NCBI GenBank assembly: GCA_903944345.1
Contig: CAJARJ010000001.1
Span: 12,339 to 76,338 of the forward strand
Direction of reading: 5' to 3'
DNA: 64,000 nucleotides
DNA from: Candidatus Omnitrophota bacterium
GTDB lineage: Bacteria > Omnitrophota > Gorgyraeia > Zapsychrales > Fredricksoniimonadaceae
A model generated the notes under the pieces. That model was given only the letters and a program-made list of their open reading frames with translations, was not told the origin of the DNA and did no database searches. A program made the position numbers and the translations under genes. Shown piece after piece: positions 8,186-17,720 of the stretch (position 1 is the stretch's first letter; every line of letters starts with the position of its first letter).

Positions 8186-10573
8186 TCAGGGCCGCCCGTT
8201 TGGGAATTCGCCAAAAAACTCGGCGGCATCCAGAACTCGTATAGACCCAATAACCGGAACAAAACCAGCCGAACCTTCTGCCTGTACTGATAGCCCAGTC
8301 GAATAAAGAATATTTGCTCCTGTTTTGGAATCAGACTTATCCGAATCCATTACAACCTCCGTCAGATCAATCCCGCCTTTCGCCGCTTCAGAACTATCCC
8401 GGGCCGTCAAAGAATAACCTGTCGTCAGCAAAGAAAAAGCGGGAGCATTGCTATTGATGTTCAAAAGCAATCCGCCCGTCGCTCCCCAATACTGCGAGAC
8501 TGACACTCCCGTCGTCGGGATTATCCCGGCAGAACTTACGGGCGGATGAACATCCGGTGAAGAAAGTGTCAAGGCTGCGGGAACCTTTCCGGAAAACTGC
8601 CAGAAACTTGTCTCCTTCAGCACCTTGAGCGTCCGTATCGCAAAATGAAAAGACGATGAATTATTGATTGCCACGTCTCCCGCGGGAACAAGAACTCTCA
8701 AATTTGAACCGTATCTCTGCCGAGCGTTTTCCAGCCGGCCTGGACGGATTGAAGAAATGAGCTGCGACTGTTCGTTAGCCCCTGCGTCCAGCAGAATCGA
8801 CGGCAGGTTTAACAACCTCTTTTGGTGCTCCCGAGCTTCATCCAAGGAAATATCTGTCTCCAGATTGGAAAGATTAATCCATTTCAGAATTGTGCCCTTA
8901 AGACGCAACAGGACTGCAATCTGCTTCATAGCCGCGACATTCAAGATGTCAACATGCGCCACAATCACCCTATCCGAAGCGATAAGCGTCTTGAGGGCCC
9001 GGAATTGTTGCTCGTCTATTGCCCACAGCAAAGGAGTCCTCCCTCTGTAACGATACCCATCCTTAATGTAGGATTCAAAGCCGCCATCGCCAAACCTGAC
9101 TGGATCTGCCTCCACGAGCACTTTGCGAACAGCCGCAAGCAACCCGCCAAAATCCTCGGAGTGCTCCACCAAACGTAAAAGTTCAAAAGTCACGCGAGCC
9201 ACCTTGCTGTCAATATCAAGAATGACTATCAGGTCTGCCTCTCTTTCCAGCGCAATATCTATATTGTGAAACGAGCCTATGCCCAGATAGCCTCCGCCTT
9301 TCTCCCCAAAGCCATCAAGCCCTGCCAATAAATAATTAATATCCTCGTTCGACATCATCCATCCCTCCGAGCGGATGCTGATACCGGAATCAATCCACCT
9401 GACTCCTGGCTGCATGGCCATATCCACCTCAAGAAGAACGCCTTCTGCAGCCACCAAATTCGGCACAGAAACAAGATTGGATTCAACTATCTTCATAAGT
9501 GAGCTGACCTGGAAATGGGCTCCGCCAGCGAAATATTTCCGTGATATCAGCCCGGACAAAACATCCTCCTCTTCCCGGACCAACACGCTGACTCCCTGGC
9601 TGAATGTTTTCAGATAACGTTCCCAAATCTTCCGAGCTTCGCCGAAATCACTAATCTGAACCCCCGAAGTTTTGTTACGATCAACGTAGGCCATTGAAAA
9701 AACTGAGTGGCGCATCTTTTTCTTGTACCAGGCAGCCAGAATAAGGGATTGATAAATCTGACGAAGTTGCGAAAAATTCCGGCCCTCGTTGACTTCTTGT
9801 TCCAGAACAGGAATAACGATTTCGCGCAGGACAGATATGGCAATCTCGTTCTCTCTCTGGTCAGGTACCAGCTTATTTCCCTGGTCCGATTTCACACTTA
9901 ACCCTGGTGGGGTCGGCAAAGCGTTGTTCGATGTTGCCAGATAATCCGTCTCCAACTTAACCTTCAGGCGCGAATCCGTGATATAAACTGCGCCGACTTT
10001 AGCATTCTCGTAAACTACAACTTTATCCGGGACAATCCACACCTTGTTGAACGTATTAATAGGGATATCTGTTGTGCCATACCTTTCCTGCGCCAAAGCG
10101 TACACTCTCTGCCAGAATTTCTGACCATTCTCTCCTTGAGGAGATAACAATAACGCTGTGATCTGCTTGAGAACATAGTCCTGCGCCAGAAGGTCTCGAC
10201 CCATTTCGGTCTGCCCGAAAGCTTCGGGGATGATACGGTCTTTTTCATACGGCGAAAGGTTGACCCATAAGTCTTTCTCTGGAATGGTCAAGCTGGCCAG
10301 AAAATATTTGACCAATTTTTCGGATTCTTTTTTCAGGAGACCCTGCTCCCTGATTGACTGCAGAGTTTGCTCCCCAGGATCCAAAATAAAGTCAAATCTG
10401 AGCGGATCGTTAGGATAAACTTTAAGTCCTTTAAGGACAGGAGGATTAAACGCTGCACTCAAGGGCAACATCTGCCCCGAATCTGATGACGGAAACTGAG
10501 CCGAAACCGGACTTTCAATCTGAACAATAAAAACAGAAAGAAAAACCGAAGACAGGAATTTACGTATAAGCAT
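8186..10573 (-). CDS. Secreted protein, paralog 2 of the same family (795 aa), in tandem with paralog 1
   Basis: Signal peptide MLIRKFLSSVFLSVFIVQIESPVSA; conserved N-terminal domain and C-terminal GGIDL tail. Confidence 0.8.
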   Translation of the reverse strand: MLIRKFLSSVFLSVFIVQIESPVSAQFPSSDSGQMLPLSAAFNPPVLKGLKVYPNDPLRFDFILDPGEQTLQSIREQGLLKKESEKLVKYFLASLTIPEKDLWVNLSPYEKDRIIPEAFGQTEMGRDLLAQDYVLKQITALLLSPQGENGQKFWQRVYALAQERYGTTDIPINTFNKVWIVPDKVVVYENAKVGAVYITDSRLKVKLETDYLATSNNALPTPPGLSVKSDQGNKLVPDQRENEIAISVLREIVIPVLEQEVNEGRNFSQLRQIYQSLILAAWYKKKMRHSVFSMAYVDRNKTSGVQISDFGEARKIWERYLKTFSQGVSVLVREEEDVLSGLISRKYFAGGAHFQVSSLMKIVESNLVSVPNLVAAEGVLLEVDMAMQPGVRWIDSGISIRSEGWMMSNEDINYLLAGLDGFGEKGGGYLGIGSFHNIDIALEREADLIVILDIDSKVARVTFELLRLVEHSEDFGGLLAAVRKVLVEADPVRFGDGGFESYIKDGYRYRGRTPLLWAIDEQQFRALKTLIASDRVIVAHVDILNVAAMKQIAVLLRLKGTILKWINLSNLETDISLDEAREHQKRLLNLPSILLDAGANEQSQLISSIRPGRLENARQRYGSNLRVLVPAGDVAINNSSSFHFAIRTLKVLKETSFWQFSGKVPAALTLSSPDVHPPVSSAGIIPTTGVSVSQYWGATGGLLLNINSNAPAFSLLTTGYSLTARDSSEAAKGGIDLTEVVMDSDKSDSKTGANILYSTGLSVQAEGSAGFVPVIGSIRVLDAAEFFGEFPNGRP

Positions 10574-10689
10574 AAGAAAAATATATACGTAAAGAACGTA
10601 ATCGGCAAATAAACAAAGGATCTACTACCAAAATATCCAGTTGATATATACTTACTGCCGCCCCCTTCTTTAACTTATATGCAAATAAT

Positions 10690-10718
10690 TTGACATTTAA
10701 TCTAAACAATGCTAATCT
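10690..10718 (+). promoter_or_regulatory. Sigma70-like promoter candidate for comM (TTGACA - 17 nt - TAATCT)
   Basis: Consensus -35 hexamer at 10690-10695, 17-nt spacer, -10-like TAATCT at 10713-10718, about 50 nt upstream of the comM ATG, in an AT-rich divergent intergenic region. Confidence 0.4.
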
Positions 10719-10766
10719 TCAGTCCCCCTTTTGAATTCTTCCTGCAATTTGATAAAAGGATCTTCC

Positions 10767-12287
10767 ATGCTCGCCAAAACTTTCAGCTTTGGACTCAACG
10801 GACTGGACGCGTCCCTCATCACAATCGAAGCCGACAGCGGCCGTGGACTACCTTGCATGTCGGTAGTTGGCCTGCCCGACAGCGCCGTCAAGGAAAGCCG
10901 TGACCGCGTCCGTGCCGCCATTCGCAACTCCGGATTGGCCTGGCCTCAGGGGAGAGTCACCATCAATCTGGCTCCGGCCGACACCCGAAAGGAAGGCCCC
11001 TCCTTTGACCTGGCTATTGCTCTGGCCGTACTCGGCGCAGATGAAAAAATAGCTTTGGAAAATCTGGAACGTTTTGCTTTTCTGGGCGAGCTTTCCCTGA
11101 GCGGCAGCATCAAACCCGTTACAGGTGTTATCTCTGCCGCCATAGCAGCATCTTCGACCCCGGGGCTGCAAGGACTAATCGTTCCTGCAGAGAATGCCGC
11201 AGAAGCCGCCCTGGTCGCCGCCATTCCTGTATTCGGCTTCAGAAACATTAATGATGTTGTCCTGTTCCTCTCCAATCCCGCGAAAGGGATCCCTCAGGAT
11301 TGTCCGGAGCCATTGTCTCCTGTGCACGACAACACGCCGGATATGTCCGAAATCAAGGGACAACACCGCGCACGCCGCGCGCTTGAAGTGGCTGCCGCCG
11401 GCGGACACAATATTCTGCTTATCGGGCCGCCCGGAGGCGGGAAAACGATGCTGGCCCGCCGTTTCGCCGGCATTCTTCCGGCCATGACCCGTAGAGAATT
11501 ACTGGAAACAACCCGCATCCGCTCTGTTTGCGGCCTTCTGCGCCCCGGATCCATCCTGCAGGAGTCCCGGCCTTTTCGTTCACCTCACCACACCAGCTCG
11601 CATATTGCCCTGATCGGAGGCGGAAGCAGCCCCCGCCCCGGAGAAATCACCCTTGCTCACAATGGAGTATTGTTTCTTGATGAGCTGCCGGAGTTTTCGC
11701 GCGCTGCTCTGGAAGCCCTGCGCCAGCCCCTCGAGGAAGGGGTAGTGCACGTTTCCCGGGCCGCGCGCGCCGTGCATTTCCCCGCGCAATTTCTACTAAT
11801 AGGTGCTATGAACCCCTGTCCTTGCGGACGCGGCGGCGACCGGCAGAATTCCTGCCGTTGCAACGATGAAAACATCCGCCGTTATCTGCACAAAATATCA
11901 GGCCCTCTCATGGAAAGAATTGATTTGCACCTGCGTCTACCCGGACTAACGTCCGCAGAACTGATCGATCTGCCGTCGGGCGAAGCTTCCACCTGCATTC
12001 GCCAACGCGTCGAACAAGCCCGTTTGCTGCAGTACGCCAGACAGCATAAAACAGAAGCCATGTGCAATGCGCAACTCCCCCCTCAGAAAATAAAAGAATA
12101 CTGTTCGCTGGACAAAGAATGTCGCAATCTTCTTAAGGATGCGGTTGACAGCCTCGGACTTTCGGCCCGGGCACACGACAAGATTCTTAAAGTCGCCAGG
12201 ACAATAAGCGATCTGGCAGGAACAAGAAACATTCAAACCGAACACCTGGCAGAAGCCATCAGTTACCGGATACTCGACAGATCATAG
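10767..12287 (+). CDS. comM: YifB/ComM family Mg-chelatase-like AAA+ ATPase
   Basis: N-terminal Lon-protease-like domain, Walker A GPPGGGKTMLA, ChlI-type AAA+ core, C-terminal Cys cluster CPCGRGGDRQNSCRC. Confidence 0.9.
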   Translation: MLAKTFSFGLNGLDASLITIEADSGRGLPCMSVVGLPDSAVKESRDRVRAAIRNSGLAWPQGRVTINLAPADTRKEGPSFDLAIALAVLGADEKIALENLERFAFLGELSLSGSIKPVTGVISAAIAASSTPGLQGLIVPAENAAEAALVAAIPVFGFRNINDVVLFLSNPAKGIPQDCPEPLSPVHDNTPDMSEIKGQHRARRALEVAAAGGHNILLIGPPGGGKTMLARRFAGILPAMTRRELLETTRIRSVCGLLRPGSILQESRPFRSPHHTSSHIALIGGGSSPRPGEITLAHNGVLFLDELPEFSRAALEALRQPLEEGVVHVSRAARAVHFPAQFLLIGAMNPCPCGRGGDRQNSCRCNDENIRRYLHKISGPLMERIDLHLRLPGLTSAELIDLPSGEASTCIRQRVEQARLLQYARQHKTEAMCNAQLPPQKIKEYCSLDKECRNLLKDAVDSLGLSARAHDKILKVARTISDLAGTRNIQTEHLAEAISYRILDRS

Positions 12288-12330
12288 AACCAGGAAAAAT
12301 CCAGAATAACCATTCAGTTTCTTGTATCCG

Positions 12331-14190
12331 TCACTTCAGGTAAATCTGAAGAATTTTCAAAATCTCGCCAGTATTCTTATCGGTCAGCATAATATAAAAC
12401 GGCAAATCCGGGCAAAGACGCTCATTCCCCTGAAGTCTCAGATAAATATTTTCCCTAAAGACATCCCCTGATCGCCAAAAACGCGCCGGATAAGCACGAT
12501 ACAACAACGGGACTGAAACCATTCTGGCTGCCCCCTTGTTCCAGTCCCCAATCCAAAAGAAACGCTTCATGTCCCGCTCTGGATTCCCGGTCACAACCCA
12601 GAACAATTCCAGATGCTGCCGCCCTTCATCAAAGCGTTGGGACTTGCGCACCTGCAGCGACACCCCGGGCAAGATCTGCACCTGAGTATAAGGTCCTGCT
12701 GCGGACTCTTGCGGCAACTTCTCCCAGAGAGGAAAAATCTCTCCTTGCCGACCTTTTCTGAAAAGAACCACCGAGTCCCAGACCTCATGGCTGCTCCAGT
12801 CTTGCATAAAAAGAAACAAGCGACTGTTAAGCTCGTCGAAAGCTGGATCCCAGGAAAGAAAAGTGTCATCAAAATCAATCAACGCCTGCTCTGTATTATC
12901 CGGCAACTCGAACGGACGCAACGAAAACGTATACGTCCCATCAAGCACATGATGAAAAGAATACAACTCCCTGCGTTCGGCCGCATGAGAAAGAAAAGAG
13001 AAACTGGTTAGAAGAGGCTGACTATTATCTACCCGACCCATAACCTCGGACATAAGCTGCTTCTTTTGCGGTTGCCGCAGAGCTTCCAGAACACGGGACA
13101 CCTCCATCCGCGGTCCCAGAACCCACGAGGTTGCAGTCAGCAAGAAAACCACAGCAAGTGTCACCTTTATCCGGACAAACCGAGCCAGCCTTGGTGCGCC
13201 CAGAATCAGAGCAAAAATCAGGAAAGGCAACATCTCCGCCGTATAATGAAATTCGAGAACAAGCTCCGCACTGCGCCCGGACAACATATGCTGAAGAAAG
13301 AGCGGTAGAACGGGAATCAACCCCCTGCTCCCCAGAAAGGGTATGAAACATAATGGCCAGAACAAGGAAAACAGATAAACGAGCCTTTCCTTGCCCAGAA
13401 GCATTGCCACGACCTCCCATGGTCTGGTCAGGAAAGACCAGAAAACCTCATTGGGACTTGTTCCCCACCGGGCATAAATGGAAAAAAGATTGATCCTGTC
13501 TCCCGCAAGAGATGGCAGAACCCAATAAATGCAAACAAAAAAATAAACCAATCCCGAAAGAAACGGAATCAACACCCATTTCCAACCCCTTCTGTCCACC
13601 AGGGATAACACGCCTGTAAACATGACCACCAGGGCAATATTCTCCTGGCACAACATCCCCATCCCCGCCCAAAACATGGTTCTGTTAAAATCATGGCGGA
13701 CATAGAAATAAAGCATCCAGGCCAGAAAAAGCGCGGCAAAACATGTCGGGTGGAATTCATAAAGATTGGAATACCATAATCCGGGGTACAGCAAATAAAC
13801 AAAAAGAATCCAGCGGGCCGAAACCGTGTCCAGAAAATATCTTGCAGTCAGAAAAACTGGAACAGCACTCAACGCAAACGCAACCGTCTGCAAAACAAGC
13901 AAGGATTGCGCAACAGGGGAAAAAGGGACAAAAGGCAGTACAAGCAGGTTGATCAGATGAACATGATTGCCCAGGTAACCCGTCCCCAGAACAGAGCTTG
14001 TCCAGTCTCCCTGGGCAATATTCCACAGCGCCTGGGCGTGAACAGCAAGATCAAAGTCTCCATAAAGAAAATATTCGTACTTGAGCAAAACAAGTCCGAC
14101 CATCACTAGACTGTAAAAAAAAACCGGCGCCCACGGCCAGAGAACCATTCTGACTGCCGACAAATGTTTTAAAACGTCCTGGCGGATCAT
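12331..14190 (-). CDS. Polytopic integral membrane protein, DUF2079-like (putative membrane glycosyltransferase-like)
   Basis: About 12 predicted TM helices followed by a large soluble C-terminal domain; N-terminal YGDFDLAVHAQALWNIAQG resembles the DUF2079 signature. Confidence 0.6.
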   Translation of the reverse strand: MIRQDVLKHLSAVRMVLWPWAPVFFYSLVMVGLVLLKYEYFLYGDFDLAVHAQALWNIAQGDWTSSVLGTGYLGNHVHLINLLVLPFVPFSPVAQSLLVLQTVAFALSAVPVFLTARYFLDTVSARWILFVYLLYPGLWYSNLYEFHPTCFAALFLAWMLYFYVRHDFNRTMFWAGMGMLCQENIALVVMFTGVLSLVDRRGWKWVLIPFLSGLVYFFVCIYWVLPSLAGDRINLFSIYARWGTSPNEVFWSFLTRPWEVVAMLLGKERLVYLFSLFWPLCFIPFLGSRGLIPVLPLFLQHMLSGRSAELVLEFHYTAEMLPFLIFALILGAPRLARFVRIKVTLAVVFLLTATSWVLGPRMEVSRVLEALRQPQKKQLMSEVMGRVDNSQPLLTSFSFLSHAAERRELYSFHHVLDGTYTFSLRPFELPDNTEQALIDFDDTFLSWDPAFDELNSRLFLFMQDWSSHEVWDSVVLFRKGRQGEIFPLWEKLPQESAAGPYTQVQILPGVSLQVRKSQRFDEGRQHLELFWVVTGNPERDMKRFFWIGDWNKGAARMVSVPLLYRAYPARFWRSGDVFRENIYLRLQGNERLCPDLPFYIMLTDKNTGEILKILQIYLK

Positions 14191-14213
14191 AGCTTTACTT
14201 TAATAAATATTTT

Positions 14214-14633
14214 TTACGCCAGGGCGATATTAAAAATATCATGCCGACCCACAACTCCGACCAATATCTTGCCATCAAAAACAGGAATGGTCACTGCCCC
14301 TTTTTTGTGCAACAAGGCCAACGCTTTAAGAGCACTGTCATCTTTCTGGAGGCTTGGATAAACCGGGTCAATAAATTCGCTGACCGGACGCTCGGCAACC
14401 ACGTTCAGGGCCTGGATCTTCTGTCCTCCTTTATCCATTACATCCCCGATAATATCCATCAGGTCTTCGGTGGTAAATATCCCCAGAAGCCCCTCAGGAG
14501 ACTGTGGATCAACCACCAATACCCCATTAATCCGGTAGCGTAACAACAAGTGTGCGGTGTTTCTGATAGAAACATCCGGACGAACCTTAATTGGATGATC
14601 ATTCATGATATCCGCAACCGGTAAATTAAGCAT
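14214..14633 (-). CDS. CBS domain pair protein
   Basis: Two CBS-like motifs (VADIM...PIKV; VSEFI...PSLQ) in a 139-aa protein. Confidence 0.75.
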   Translation of the reverse strand: MLNLPVADIMNDHPIKVRPDVSIRNTAHLLLRYRINGVLVVDPQSPEGLLGIFTTEDLMDIIGDVMDKGGQKIQALNVVAERPVSEFIDPVYPSLQKDDSALKALALLHKKGAVTIPVFDGKILVGVVGRHDIFNIALA

Positions 14634-14751
14634 ATCCCTCCTTGACCCAAAGTCTCTCCCAGAATTATTTTTAAACAGCCCCCTTTAAAAATATCAAGTA
14701 ATAGCTTATACTTTAACCGGATTGGCAGGACTGTCAACTCTAAGGATATAT

Positions 14752-16293
14752 ATGATAAACAAACGACATGGTCAGTCAGTTGTTGAGTATTCTATCCTGA
14801 TCATGCTTGTCGTGATCAGTATTGTTATCGGCGGCCCATTTCTCAGAAGATCAGTTCAGGCTTTTCTCAGAACACAATCCCAGGCAGTAAAAGACGCAGA
14901 CCGCGAGAACATCCGCCAGAGTGGCAACATCCCTCCAACTCCTCCCTGCACCTGTAGCGGATGGACGGACGGCGGCTGCGGAGCCGGCATTTGTGACGAA
15001 ACCCAACGCTACTCATCACGAATCTGCACTCCCCTGGCCTGTGAACGCGAATATGCCTGTACTAGCGACGCATCCTGCTGTACCACAGGTTACAAATTTG
15101 TCGACTGCGGTTCTATTGTGGATTATTCCGCTTACGAATATCTGGAATGCCCGTGGCGCGCTAGCGTAGACCCCCAATTGTCGGCTGCAGCCTCAGCTGT
15201 CGGCCAGGCCTCCTGGGGCACATGCATGACTGCCCAAGGCGCTGACACCTTGCTTTGCGCGATTGGAGAGGCTCGCATAACGTTGCGTTGCGGCAGTGAT
15301 AACGGCAGCACCATGGTTTACGCCTGCGTTGATCAACCCGCCTGCCGTCCTGCCTGCTGGAACATAAAAGACGAAACCTCCGAACCGTCTCCCGGCTCCC
15401 AGGCCTGTCCGGCCTCCGAAGAGTATAGCCGCGGAATGATCCTGACACAGGAAGTCGCCTACCGGAAACACGGGGGGGCTCCCAGCAACACTGATATGCC
15501 CACGCGGGAACTCAAACTTTTCAAATATGAAAGTACTGACCTGTCTCCCCAGTATAATGGCGATAGCGCCTTGCGCGGCGCATGGCAAATCCCCTGGGCC
15601 TATGTTGACAGCGAAGAAGACTGCACACACGGACCAACATATTGGCCACGCGGGTGCACACGTTTTTGCACGAACGGCTATGTCCCCGGAGTAACCGCCG
15701 ACACCTGTGAGCCACCGTCCTGCGACACCAATCGCGTGCGGACAAATACAACTTATACCGGAACAGCGCCGGCTTCAGCCACCTCGCCGCTCTCTGCAAC
15801 CGGAATTGTCGAAAAAACAGAAGAACTTTCTGCCCCGCTTGGTGCTACTCTGCCCGTCAAAGGCGGAACCGCCATCAACTATAAGAGCCCGTTAATACGA
15901 GTTCCTTCGATTTTTACTTTCGACGTTTGGGCGGAAGATCTCAACTTTTACGTTGCCTGCTTTAATGCCAGCGGAGAAATCGTTGAAGAATATTATTCGA
16001 ACCCCAAACCGGTTGAGTTCTTTGAATGCCCCTCGGCAAATGCCATTGAAATCAACGACCACAAGTACTGCTACCGGGACATCTCTGGGCAAGTGTATGT
16101 GGACACCGATGACCTGATCAACCACAACATCGACCAGGCTTCCTGCGGCTGCACCAACTGTGACAATCCTGCCACGGCAACATATTCGGCTAACCAGATT
16201 TTCATCCGTGTTTTTGAGGGCGGCATGAAAGGATCCAGTGCTTTGGGAGCCCGAGTCCGTTACAACGAATTCCGGCCCTTGACAGATCCTTGA
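14752..16293 (+). CDS. Cysteine-rich (over 40 Cys) exported protein with an Flp/Fap-pilin-like class III signal and N-terminal hydrophobic segment
   Basis: N-terminus MINKRHG-QSVVEYSILIMLVVISIVIGG matches the Flp prepilin G/xxxxEY processing motif; AAGGA RBS 7 nt upstream of the ATG at 14752 (the alternative TTG at 14722 is less likely); C-terminal 480 aa Cys-rich, non-repetitive. Confidence 0.7.
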   Translation: MINKRHGQSVVEYSILIMLVVISIVIGGPFLRRSVQAFLRTQSQAVKDADRENIRQSGNIPPTPPCTCSGWTDGGCGAGICDETQRYSSRICTPLACEREYACTSDASCCTTGYKFVDCGSIVDYSAYEYLECPWRASVDPQLSAAASAVGQASWGTCMTAQGADTLLCAIGEARITLRCGSDNGSTMVYACVDQPACRPACWNIKDETSEPSPGSQACPASEEYSRGMILTQEVAYRKHGGAPSNTDMPTRELKLFKYESTDLSPQYNGDSALRGAWQIPWAYVDSEEDCTHGPTYWPRGCTRFCTNGYVPGVTADTCEPPSCDTNRVRTNTTYTGTAPASATSPLSATGIVEKTEELSAPLGATLPVKGGTAINYKSPLIRVPSIFTFDVWAEDLNFYVACFNASGEIVEEYYSNPKPVEFFECPSANAIEINDHKYCYRDISGQVYVDTDDLINHNIDQASCGCTNCDNPATATYSANQIFIRVFEGGMKGSSALGARVRYNEFRPLTDP

Positions 16294-16302
16294 TAGAAGA
16301 AG

Positions 16303-16680
16303 TTAGTTCGAAAAAAAACGGGTAAGCTTCATCAGCAACGACTCATTGTGAAAAGGCTTGGCCAGATAATCATCAGCACCGAGCTCCATCATCCGCTCCA
16401 TCTCCGCCGTATCCAGCACACCGGACACCACCAGAATCTTGATCGGATCGCTTATAGTTTCCCTGATAGACCGACATACATCATAGCCATCCATTCCAGG
16501 CATACGAATATCCAGTAAAACCAGATCAGGCTTGGAATCCGCGATCATCCGCAAAGCGGACAAGCCGTCATTGGCTGTCTCAACCACAAAATTGCCTATC
16601 ATATACAAAACCCTGCGCAATGAGGCACACATCTCAGGGTCATCATCAACAACCAGAATCCTTTTGGCAACCTTTGTCAT
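16303..16680 (-). CDS. Stand-alone response-regulator receiver (CheY-like) domain protein
   Basis: VVDDD...DLVLLDIRMPGMDGY...KPF receiver motifs with conserved Asp/Lys. Confidence 0.85.
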   Translation of the reverse strand: MTKVAKRILVVDDDPEMCASLRRVLYMIGNFVVETANDGLSALRMIADSKPDLVLLDIRMPGMDGYDVCRSIRETISDPIKILVVSGVLDTAEMERMMELGADDYLAKPFHNESLLMKLTRFFSN

Positions 16681-17033
16681 AAAACATCCTCTTTTTGTCC
16701 TGACTTAAGAAGAAAGAAACTGTAACAACGCAAGAAGTTCTCACACACTTCGGCGGGAGTATCCACCAGCTGGACTCCGGTGTGATAATACTTTTCCTTG
16801 GCCACAAAACCTGACCAAACCACTTCTGTACGAACCACCAAAAGAGGAAACTCCCTGACCTCAAGGGAAATATCAATCTTGTTCCCCGGCTCAAAAGGAG
16901 TTAACCCTGAGAAACACACGCCATGGCTGTTAATATCCACAATCCTGACCGACATGTCCCGCCCCGATACCAGCGGACGCGCCTGCGCCGGAAAATCAAC
17001 CTTGACCCTGCACCAATGACGTTTGTTAGACAT
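16677..17033 (-). CDS. PilZ domain (c-di-GMP-binding) protein, overlapping the receiver gene by 4 nt
   Basis: RHWCR...DINSHGVCF resembles the PilZ RxxxR and D/NxSxGG motifs; ATGA start/stop overlap with the downstream receiver gene. Confidence 0.65.
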   Translation of the reverse strand: MSNKRHWCRVKVDFPAQARPLVSGRDMSVRIVDINSHGVCFSGLTPFEPGNKIDISLEVREFPLLVVRTEVVWSGFVAKEKYYHTGVQLVDTPAEVCENFLRCYSFFLLKSGQKEDVL

Positions 17034-17071
17034 TGTTCTCCTCTATTGTTCGCTGATCTGCAACAAAAAAT

Positions 17072-17716
17072 TTAACGAGCAAGCTTGGTCACAAGAAAAT
17101 AACTTCCGAACAAAAGAACCATGAACGCCAGTGAAAGGATATCAAAATATTTCTCGATAAACTTTTCGATCCTCGCACCAAACAAGCGCAGCAAGCCCGC
17201 GACCAGAAAGAAACGGCCCGCTCTTCCGAATACGGAAGCCACCAACAAGATCGGAAGCGATATTCGAAACAGGCCAGCAGCAATCGTAAAAACTTTATAA
17301 GGAATCGGGGTAAAAGCTGCCGTAAAAACCGCCCAGAAAGCATTATCCGCATAAAGTTTACGAACTGTTTCTACATGCGACCCCAGATGATATGTGGAAA
17401 CAATAATCTTGCCAAGCGTTTCAAAAAGAAAGAAACCGATAAAATACCCAAATAAAGCCCCCAGTACCGATCCGGTCGTGCAAATCAGTGCGTTGCGCCA
17501 CCACGCCCTTCGATCAGCAATGACCATTGCGATCAGAAGAACATCTGGAGGAATCGGAAAAAAAGAACTTTCAATAAAAGCGATGAAAAAAAGCGCCCAG
17601 GGTGCATGCCGGGTTTTGGCCCAATGAATCGTCCAGGTATATATTCCTCTCAACCAGGCCAATGGGCCCTTGCAAGAACAACCTGAGGTTTTCTGTGAGA
17701 ACATTCTTTCCCCCAT
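17072..17716 (-). CDS. YqaA/DedA-family (VTT/SNARE-associated domain) membrane protein
   Basis: FFIAFIESSFFPIPPDVLLIAMV...GRFFLVAGLL profile typical of the YqaA family. Confidence 0.7.
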   Translation of the reverse strand: MGERMFSQKTSGCSCKGPLAWLRGIYTWTIHWAKTRHAPWALFFIAFIESSFFPIPPDVLLIAMVIADRRAWWRNALICTTGSVLGALFGYFIGFFLFETLGKIIVSTYHLGSHVETVRKLYADNAFWAVFTAAFTPIPYKVFTIAAGLFRISLPILLVASVFGRAGRFFLVAGLLRLFGARIEKFIEKYFDILSLAFMVLLFGSYFLVTKLAR

Positions 17717-17720
17717 AAAA

